64,000 bases of DNA from a virus: IMG/VR virus record IMGVR_UViG_3300042691_040117, positions 6,921 to 70,920 of that record; one strand, written 5' to 3'. The notes below the pieces were generated by a model. It was given only the letters and a program-made list of their open reading frames with translations, made no database searches and was not told where the DNA came from. Below, in pieces: positions 48,584 through 57,900 of the stretch; within the stretch, counting starts at the first letter, position 1; each line of letters opens with the position of its first letter. The translations under genes were made by a program, and so were the position numbers.

Positions 48584-49359
48584 ATGTTATATTGAACTCC
48601 TTCCATTCCTTTAATAACACTTAATCCTAAATTAGGAATAGTTATCATGTTTTTCTTATTTAAAAATCTGTACAAAGAATGTTCTATGTCCGTTCCTGCA
48701 GTATATTGCATCATTCGTTCCAAATACAAAAATGACTTTTCAAGAGACTCTATAATTTCATTAAATAACATTCTATCAAAAGACCATAACCCGGTCACCA
48801 TCATTCCTTTAGCACCATAAAGATAGGCATAAACATTTTCTAATTCTTTCTCATCAAAATTTTCTTGCTCTTCAGTTAGATAATCATATTTTTTAATTAC
48901 ATAATAATTTTCTAAAAATTTACTTTGATAATCTTGAATATCAAAATCATCATTAAGTAAATATCTTCCGGTCAATTTAAAAACTCTTTGACTATCATTA
49001 AATAAATTATGCTGCCGAATGAAGTAAAGAGTATTCAATAATCCTCTTGTTTCCAATAAGGATTTTCCATAAGTAATGTACTTTGAGTCTTTTTGAATAT
49101 TCGCATAAAGTGCTTTCAGACCTGGTTCATCATAAAACTCTAGAAACAAATCACACTCCTTTCTTAAGATTTCTTTGTGCCTTTCTTCTATAGATGTAGA
49201 AGAACACTCAAACAAAATAATATAAGAGTTGGGTACTTTTTCTCTAACTGACTTAATTGTTTCCAGTGTTTGTTCAAATCTTTGCTCTTCACTATAAGCA
49301 CTAAACTTATCCTCTTGAAAATGCTTAAGTGCAGAACCGACTAAAAATAAAAACTTCAT
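48580..49359 (-). CDS. Putative glycosyltransferase-like protein
   Basis: RFEQTLETI.S.R, FKLTGRY.L...F, DIEH; likely start MKFLF at 49359. Confidence 0.55.
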   Translation of the reverse strand: MKFLFLVGSALKHFQEDKFSAYSEEQRFEQTLETIKSVREKVPNSYIILFECSSTSIEERHKEILRKECDLFLEFYDEPGLKALYANIQKDSKYITYGKSLLETRGLLNTLYFIRQHNLFNDSQRVFKLTGRYLLNDDFDIQDYQSKFLENYYVIKKYDYLTEEQENFDEKELENVYAYLYGAKGMMVTGLWSFDRMLFNEIIESLEKSFLYLERMMQYTAGTDIEHSLYRFLNKKNMITIPNLGLSVIKGMEGVQYNI

Positions 49360-50078
49360 AGCATACCTCTCTTCCAAGCCCATAGTTGTTCATCTATTTG
49401 TTGTTCTTCACGATAAGAACCCCTTTCAATCTTATCTATCCACATATGAAGAAGGTTGATTTTATCTTCTTCGGAAATACAAAAATCGTGATTAAACCAA
49501 TAGTTCATTTTTCCATCTTTCGGTATTAACTGATGGAATGTTTCTACCTTTAATCCATACTTTGCAATATTACGACTTACCAAATAATCATCAAGAATAT
49601 GACCAGGAGTATAACCAAAGTTCTTTTCTAAATCCATTGGATTGATCTGATCTACAAACTGCTCCGGGTCCTCATGAGGTTTCCATGCATGTCGAGTCCA
49701 ATCACTGAATACACATACCCAAGTTGTTGCAGCAATATTTCTATTATCTCTTCTTGCATAGTTATTATGCTTAAATCTAAAAGGATAATAGTCATATCGA
49801 TTGAAGATTACACAATCCTTATCAAAGATTTCAGTCAAATCTGGACAGTTTGGATGAACCAGAGCATCAGCATCCAGAAAAATAGTCCAATCATAGTTTG
49901 CTCCAATTTCATATAACTGGAACTTTTCCATATTCGGAGAAAGATGTGGAAACTTTCTCTCATTCATAATCACAAAATCAGCACCAATCTTTTCTGCATA
50001 TTTCCTCATATAAGGATATGTAAGATTGGTAATGTCTTTATTGTAATTAATGTCCAGTGTAACGAGTGCTTTCTTCAT
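49356..50078 (-). CDS. GT-A glycosyltransferase (GT8/GT34-like)
   Basis: YAEKIGADF, EKFQL, IFLDADAL (DxD). Confidence 0.7.
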   Translation of the reverse strand: MKKALVTLDINYNKDITNLTYPYMRKYAEKIGADFVIMNERKFPHLSPNMEKFQLYEIGANYDWTIFLDADALVHPNCPDLTEIFDKDCVIFNRYDYYPFRFKHNNYARRDNRNIAATTWVCVFSDWTRHAWKPHEDPEQFVDQINPMDLEKNFGYTPGHILDDYLVSRNIAKYGLKVETFHQLIPKDGKMNYWFNHDFCISEEDKINLLHMWIDKIERGSYREEQQIDEQLWAWKRGML

Positions 50079-50553
50079 AATCTGTATTGAAACTAATAAC
50101 TATTCTTTGCTCTTTTTCTTCTTCTGTATAATGAACCAAATCACTTGAAAAGATGACCAGTAATCCAGAATAAGGTTTAATTGAAGTATCTATATCGGGA
50201 AACAATAGCGGAACTGAATTTTCACCAACAGAGACATAAAATGCTCCGCTTAAAATACTTTCTTCACCACCACTATGATTATGTGGTTTTAACTTACTTC
50301 CAGGTTCCGTAATATTAAACCAACTATTAATAAATTTAAGTTTTGTAATTTTATGCTTTTCACAATATATTCTAACATACTTTTTGATAATTTTATTTAA
50401 ACTTTGCAGTTCAGAGTACATTAAAATTGGCATTCCAAAATTAAAACTGGACTTACCTTTAGTAATTAATCCATGTTCATTTGTTTGAGTTGAATATAAA
50501 AAATTTTGAATACTTTTAAGATTTAAATAAGAAAGGTCATACTGCTCTATCAT
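50047..50553 (-). CDS. 2OG-Fe(II) oxygenase (TIGR02466-like)
   Basis: SWFN...PHNH...LSGAFYV, P..G.LVIF.S.L.H, RIVISFN. Confidence 0.85.
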   Translation of the reverse strand: MIEQYDLSYLNLKSIQNFLYSTQTNEHGLITKGKSSFNFGMPILMYSELQSLNKIIKKYVRIYCEKHKITKLKFINSWFNITEPGSKLKPHNHSGGEESILSGAFYVSVGENSVPLLFPDIDTSIKPYSGLLVIFSSDLVHYTEEEKEQRIVISFNTDYEESTRYTGH

Positions 50554-51883
50554 TTAAAAACTTCTCCAAATCTTTCAAAGGTTTATCCCATTTTCTTGTT
50601 TGCTGTTGTTTGAACATATGAACATTATCTCCGTACCACCAAGATTTATCAGTAGAACTTGTCCAGACATAGTACTCCATAATCGGCACAAAGACACAAA
50701 CTTCTTTTCCTTGTGCTGCTGCAATATGAGCAATAGAAGTACAGGAAGTAATCACCAAATCCATTTGAGATACAAGTGAAAATGTATCCTCAAAATTACG
50801 ATCTGGAATATCAAAGGTCTTTACTTGATCTCGATATTGTTCTGGAGGCAATTCATCCGGAAGTTGCAAAGAATATAAAGATGCATTTGTTTTGGCGAGA
50901 ACATCAAACAATCCATCTGCATCTACAGATCGGAAATGTGCCTGCTCAAATCCAGAACCAGAATTCCAGAATGTACCTATCTTATAATTTTTATCTTCCT
51001 GTAGATATTCATATTGCTTTTCTTTTTCTGGCAGTGGTTGAATATACACACCTCTTCCCAAATCTTCTGCCTTGAGATTAAGATAATAAGGAAGAGCAAG
51101 AGCATAAACCCATTGAGCATCTTTCGGAAACTCTGGTTTATCCCAAACACATACAGTCTCAAAACCATTATAATTGAAGAGTTTTTGTATGTCTCTTCTT
51201 GTGGTTGTCCAGATCGGGTTCATTCCAAGTTCTTTCAGATGCCTCATAAAACGAACGTGCATAATCTCATCACCGGCACCACACTGACTATCAATTACAA
51301 TAGTTTGTCCTGGAGTAATTGTTCCATCCCACTTTGGAAATGGTGGTAGTTCTCTGTTCTTATATGCCTCTACTTCTCCTGCCTTGAGGAAGTGCTGAAG
51401 TCCTGTGTGAATGTCATCCTTGCGGAAATAGTGTCCTGATAAGTTATGATATGCCTTTCTTTCAATCTCTTCTGGTAATTTATATTTAATAAGATTGAAT
51501 AGAAGTTTCTCTGCCTTATCTTTTTGGTTAATTGCAGAGTATGAAAAAGTTTCTTCAAGAAGAAGTTCTGTATCTTGAGGATTACTTAATTTAATTTTTG
51601 AAATTTGTGTTAGTGCCTTATCGGGAAAATTGTTCTGATTATAAGCATTAATCAAATTTTTTGCAATTGTATATTTTTCTTGTGGAGATTGTGCAAGTTT
51701 CAGTGCTTTTTCTGCATAGAAAATAGCATTTGAGAACTCTTTAATCTCAAAGAAAATCTTTGCAACATCATCATATTGTGAAAAAGTTTCCGCTCTTTTT
51801 CCAAATGCCTGAAGAAGTTGAATTGTGAGTTCCTTTTCTTCAAACGAATATAAGGTCTTTGCTACCAACTCAAGTGGGTTCAT
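50537..51883 (-). CDS. TPR protein with C-terminal GT9-like (GT-B) domain
   Basis: N-terminal TPR helices; WDG, Q.G.GD.I..VRF, DLVITSCTSIAHIAAAQGK, SWWY. Confidence 0.8.
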   Translation of the reverse strand: MNPLELVAKTLYSFEEKELTIQLLQAFGKRAETFSQYDDVAKIFFEIKEFSNAIFYAEKALKLAQSPQEKYTIAKNLINAYNQNNFPDKALTQISKIKLSNPQDTELLLEETFSYSAINQKDKAEKLLFNLIKYKLPEEIERKAYHNLSGHYFRKDDIHTGLQHFLKAGEVEAYKNRELPPFPKWDGTITPGQTIVIDSQCGAGDEIMHVRFMRHLKELGMNPIWTTTRRDIQKLFNYNGFETVCVWDKPEFPKDAQWVYALALPYYLNLKAEDLGRGVYIQPLPEKEKQYEYLQEDKNYKIGTFWNSGSGFEQAHFRSVDADGLFDVLAKTNASLYSLQLPDELPPEQYRDQVKTFDIPDRNFEDTFSLVSQMDLVITSCTSIAHIAAAQGKEVCVFVPIMEYYVWTSSTDKSWWYGDNVHMFKQQQTRKWDKPLKDLEKFLNDRAV

Positions 51884-51931
51884 AAAGAATATATTTTATA
51901 TGTTTTAAATATTTATTGGTACATTATAACA

Positions 51932-54900
51932 CTAAAATTCTTCAGATTTTAGTGCTAGAGTATTACCTGACTCACTAACCATTACTTGTTTCCAATTGGT
52001 TCCTCCGGCAAAGGTGGTGACTGGAGTATACCTTGTTGAAAAAATATCATTTAATCCAAGTTCAGGACCACCATAACCCCAAGTCCAAAGAGTTCCGTCG
52101 GTTTTGATTGCTGCCGTATAATCATATCCATTACTCACTTGTTTCCAGTTAGTTCCACCGACAAATGTAGTTTTGGGTATGGCATTTTCATATATCATAA
52201 TTTTAGAATATGCGGTTTCCGAAAAACCCCAAATCCAAAGAGTTCCATCTGTCTTGAGTGCTATACTACTACTATTGATAATTTTAGTCTGCGACCAATT
52301 ATTTCCTGCAAATGTAGTTGTTGGAATACTTATTGGATTGCCCCAACTCCATAGAGTTCCATCTGTTTTTATCGCAGATTTATAGTTTATGGATTTCCAA
52401 TCAGTTCCACCAGCAAATGTAGTGAGTGGTATGTTTCTTTCATCAATAAAAAGTCCCAATTGAGTATTTGCATTACTACCAAATAACCATAATTGTTTGT
52501 TTACACCATCGTCTTTCAGTGCTACAGTATGATTAGTTCCTCCATCTACTTGCTTCCAATTAGTTCCTCCGGCAAAGGTGGTGACTGGAGTAGATCTGGT
52601 GGTTGTATCATTAGTACCAAGTTGTCCTGAAGTTCCAGTACCCCAAGTCCATAGAGTACCATCGGTCTTGACTGCTGCTGTATGACCTCTTGAAGCACTT
52701 ACTTGTTTCCAGTTAGTTCCACCGGCAAAGGTGGTGACTGGAGTGGATCTATCAGTAGTATCATTAGTTCCTAATTTCCCTTGAATACTTCCATAAACTT
52801 GATTTCTACCCCAAGTCCATAAAGTTCCATCGGTCTTGATTGCTGCCGTATAATCATATCCAGCACTTACTTGTCTCCAGTCGGTTCCTCCTGCAAATGT
52901 TGTGACTGGAGATATTACACTAGTATTAGATGTTATTGCATTTCCAAGTCTTCCTCCAATCCCAGTACCCCAAGTCCATAAAGTTCCATCGGTCTTGATT
53001 GCTACAGTATGAGCACCTCCAGCACTTACTTGTTTCCAGTTAATTCCCCCAGCAAATGTGGTGACTGGAGTAGATCTAAAACCGAAAGATGCAAAGTTTC
53101 CAAGCCTTCCATTGTATGCCGAACCCCAGGTCCATAAGGTTCCATCAGTTTTGATTGCTGCAGTATGTTGATTTCCAGAACTTACTTGCTTCCAGTCGGT
53201 TCCTCCTGCAAATGTTGTGACTGGAGTTGATTTACTGGTTACATTATTATCATTAGTTCCAAGTTGTCCAGCATTATTGCTTCCCCATGTCCATAATGTT
53301 CCATCGGTTTTGATTGCTGTCATATAATCAAGGTTACCTATAGCACCACTGACTTGTTTCCAATTGGTTCCTCCGGCAAAGGTGGTGACTGGAGTGCTTA
53401 TGCCAGGTATGGTGTTTGATGTTGCCGCAGTTCCAAGACCAAATTGCCCATTACCCCAAACCCATAAAGTTCCATCGGTCTTGATTGCTGAACACATGTT
53501 CGAAGATGCTGCTATTGTATAAAGATCTTCTGGATTTGTTGTAGGAGTATCTGCCCAGTTATTTCCTCCGGCAAATGTAGTAACCGGAGTAGGTCTATAG
53601 TCAAGATAAGACCTTGCCAGATCTACGGATGTCTGTCTACCCCAAGTCCACAAGGTTCCATCAGTCTTGAGTGCAATACCAACTTCAGTATATTTCCAAT
53701 TGGTCCCACCGGCAAATGTTGTGACTGGAGTGCTTCTATTGGTTCTATCACCAGTTCCAAGCTGTCCACGAGCATTAGACCCCCAAGTCCATAAGGTTCC
53801 ATCAGTTTTGATTGCAGATCCACCACTATCCATATAAACTTGTTTCCAATTTATTCCTCCTGCAAATGTAGTAGCTGGAGTATGATTATTACCCAACTGC
53901 ACACCCAATGAACCACTACCAAATACATACAACTGTTTATTCACACCATCATCTCTTAAAGCAAGTGTATGAGATCCACCAGCACTTACTTGTTTCCAGT
54001 TAATTCCCCCAGCAAATGTGGTGACTGGAGTGGATACATTGCTAATAGTATTAGTATTTCCAAGTTGTCCTTTAATTCCATTACCCCACACCCATAAGGT
54101 TCCATCGGTTTTAACTGCTCCAACATGTCTATCACCAACACTTACTTGTTTCCAGTTGGTTCCTCCGGCAAATGTTGTAATGGGCGTTAATTTATATGAC
54201 TGAAGTGTTGGAGAAAATATTTCACCAGTTCCAAGTTGTCCCTCATTTGTTTGTCCCCATAACCACAAAGTTCCGTCAGTTTTGACTGCTGCCATACAAT
54301 TGTACCCAGAACTCACCTGTTTCCAATCGGTTCCTCCTGCAAAGGTGGTGACTGGAGTGGATCTAATTGGAGATGCTCCAGTATCATTAGTTCCAAGTCT
54401 TCCAAAATTTGCAGTACCCCATCCCCATAAAGTTCCATCAGTTTTGATTGCTGCAGTATTATCCTTCCCACAAGTAACTTGTTTCCAATCTGTCCCACCA
54501 GCAAAGGTGGTAATTGGAGTGCTTATCTCATAACCGAAAGTCAACAGTACAGCATTTCCTAATTGCCCAGATCTGCTATTTCCCCAAGTCCATAAGGTTC
54601 CATCGGTCTTGATTGCTGCTGTATGATTATTTCCTGCACTTACTTGTTTCCAATTGGTTCCTCCGGCAAATGTTGTGATAGGAGTAGATTTAAAGTAGAG
54701 TGTTCTTCCTCCAGTTCCACCACTTCTAACAGAAGGAGCATTTCCAAGTTTTCCATAATAAGTATCACCCCAAACCCATAATGTTCCATCGGTTTTGATT
54801 GCTGCTGTATGACTATCACCAGCACTGACTTGTTTCCAATTTATTCCTCCGGCAAAAGTGGTTGTTGGAATTGATATGTAATTTGCCGTTTCTTCACTCC

Positions 54901-57900
54901 CAACATCTAAAATTTTATTTTGATTTTCTCCGATTTGAATATCAATTTGATTAGGAACATTTTCATAAAAAGTAATCTCATAAACCATATTGGGATTATC
55001 AAGATCATCTGATATCATATAAGTTCCTTCACACCTTATTCTATAGGTTCTATTAGGTGCCGTCCCTTCTGGTCCATAACATAATCTATGTACGCTTCCA
55101 TCAGTAGCAGTTATCATTATTTTGGGAAGTGATGGATTTCCAACACTTAAGCTTAATCCTTGATGACCTTCTCCAAAAGTTATGAAATGATTTGTTGTTG
55201 GACAAACTCTTCTATAAGTCTTTCCATTAAAAGAAATATTAAATGGCAATTCTAAAACCCAAAATCCATCATCATATCCACCATAAGGCGGTTGCAGAGT
55301 CTCATCTATTGTTAAAGATGCTGGTCCTAATAAATTATTTGCGATAGGAGTTACTGTACCACTGCCACTTGTCGTGGTAATTCTTTTCCCAGTATAAGGA
55401 TCGGAATTAAAGCTGAGAGTTCCTGGCAATCTTCCATTTTCATCACATATTCCATCAACTCCAAGTTGATTATAATTTTTATTGATGTATCTTAGTAGTG
55501 GGTGTATTTTAGCATAAGAATATCCCCAGGTCCATAAGGTTCCATCGGTCTTGATTGCCACACTATTTGGTCCTGAATAATAACTACCAAAAGATCCCCC
55601 AGCAGACAGTGTATAAAGATCTTCGGCATTTGTTGTAGGAGTATCTGCCCAGTTATTTCCTCCGGCAAATGTTGTGATTGGTGTTGATACAATTGCATCA
55701 AAATAATTAATAGAATATCTACCAAGTGTCCCATTTAAACTATCACTATTACCCCAAGTCCATAGTGTTCCATCAGTTTTGACTGCTCCCATAACACCAT
55801 ATCCAACCGAAACTTGTTTCCAGTTGGTTCCACCAGCAAAAGTGGTAACCGGAGTAGATCTAGTTCCAAGACTATTAATTCCAAGTTCACCATGATAATT
55901 TTTACCCCAAACCCATAGAGTTCCATCAGTTTTGACTGCTGCAGAAGTGGCATATGAGGTACTTATTTGCTTCCAATTGGTTCCCCCGGCAAATGTAGTA
56001 GCTGGAGTATTTGCTTGAGCTTCAAGACGCAAAGCATTTCCAAGTTGCCCGTAATTTCCTCCTCCCCATGTCCATAGGGTTCCATTTTTTTTAATTGCGG
56101 CAAAGGAGTTACTGTCTCCATTAAAATTTGTATCTTGAACGGATATTGTATATAAATCTTCCAGATTTATTATTTGAGTATCATTCCAATTTTCTCTGGG
56201 ATTAACTTCAAGTGGAAAGTCTATATTTCCTCTAAATTGTTTACCAATTCCATCAAGTGCTCTACCAAGTTGTCCATAATTATTGTTTCCCCACATCCAT
56301 AAGGTTCCATCAGTTTTGACTGCTGATGTATGATTATATCCAACACTTACTTGTTTCCAATTAGTCCCACCGACAACGGTGGTAATCGGAGTAAATCTTG
56401 CTCTTGGATCTACGGCAATATAACCATAAGTATTATACCCAGAAGATATATTTGGATCTCCCAGTGCTTTATTACGGTTTGATCCCCAAGTCCATAAGGT
56501 TCCATCGGTTTTGACTGCGGATGCATGTATATCACCCATACTCACTTGTTTCCAATTTGTTGCATCGGATTGCAAAACAGGTACATATAAATTATTAAAC
56601 ATACCCAACTCGCTAGTAGCATTACGACCCCATGTCCACAAGGTTCCATCAGTTTTCATTGCAATTGTATATTCGGAAGCATTACTATCAAAACTACTAC
56701 TCAGAGTATATTGAGGACAAAAAACTTGACTCCAATTAGTTCCTCCGGCAAAAGTAGTAATGGGAGTGCTTACGCTTGCCTGCCCGTATCCTTGGAAAAT
56801 ACCTGATCCTAATTCTCCATATCCATTAAATCCCCATGTCCACAGAGTACCATCAGTTTTTATTGCTGCAGTATGACGAGAACCGGCAGCTACTTGTTTC
56901 CAGTTAGTTCCACCGGCAAATGTTGTGATAGGGGTGATGGCGGTGTTAAAATTAGTACCATTTCCAAGTTTTCCCGTTAAATTATTTCCCCACACCCACA
57001 GAGTTCCATCAGTCTTAATTGCTGCAGTATGATAACCCCCGGAAGAAACTTGTCTCCAATTGGTTCCCCCTGCAAATGTTGTGACTGGAGTTGATCTAAC
57101 ACCAAAGATACTATTAATTCCAAGTACTCCATAACTGGGATTACCCCAAGTCCATAAAGTTCCATCGGTTTTAATTGCTGAAACGAACTTATTACATCCA
57201 CAACTAATTTGTTTCCAGTCGGTTCCTCCGGCAAATGTGGTGACTGGAGTAGACCTATTGGATAGGGATATACCTGCATTTCCAAGTTCTCCAGCAGTAT
57301 TATTACCCCAAGTCCATAAAGTTCCATCAGTTTTGATTGCACCAGTAAATAAACTTCCTGCAGATATTTGTTTCCAATTTGTATCATTAGAAACTTTAGT
57401 AGGTGCTACTATAGTGGTAATAAAATTTCCCAATTGAGTACTGGAATTATCTCCGAATAACCATACTTGTCTATTCACACCATCATCTCTTAAGGCAAGT
57501 GTATGAGAAGCACCAGCACTTGCTTGTTTCCAGTTGGTTCCTCCAACAAAAGTGGTAATTGGAGTTGATATATTACCTGTTGCAATCGCATTTCCAAGTC
57601 TCCCACTAGCTCCAGTACCCCAAGTCCATAAGGTTCCATCAGTCTTAACTGCTGCTGTATGAGAACCACCAGAACTTACTTGTCTCCAGTTGGTCCCTCC
57701 AGTAAATGTTGTAATAGGAGTTGATATACTCCCTGTCGTAACTGCATTTCCAAGTGCTCCACTACCACCAGATCCCCATATCCATAAGGTTCCATCGGTT
57801 TTGACTGCTGCAGTAAGACCACTCCCAGAAGAAACTTGTTTCCAGTCTGTTCCTCCGGCAAAGGTGGTGACTGGAGTGGATATACTACCTGTTATAACCG

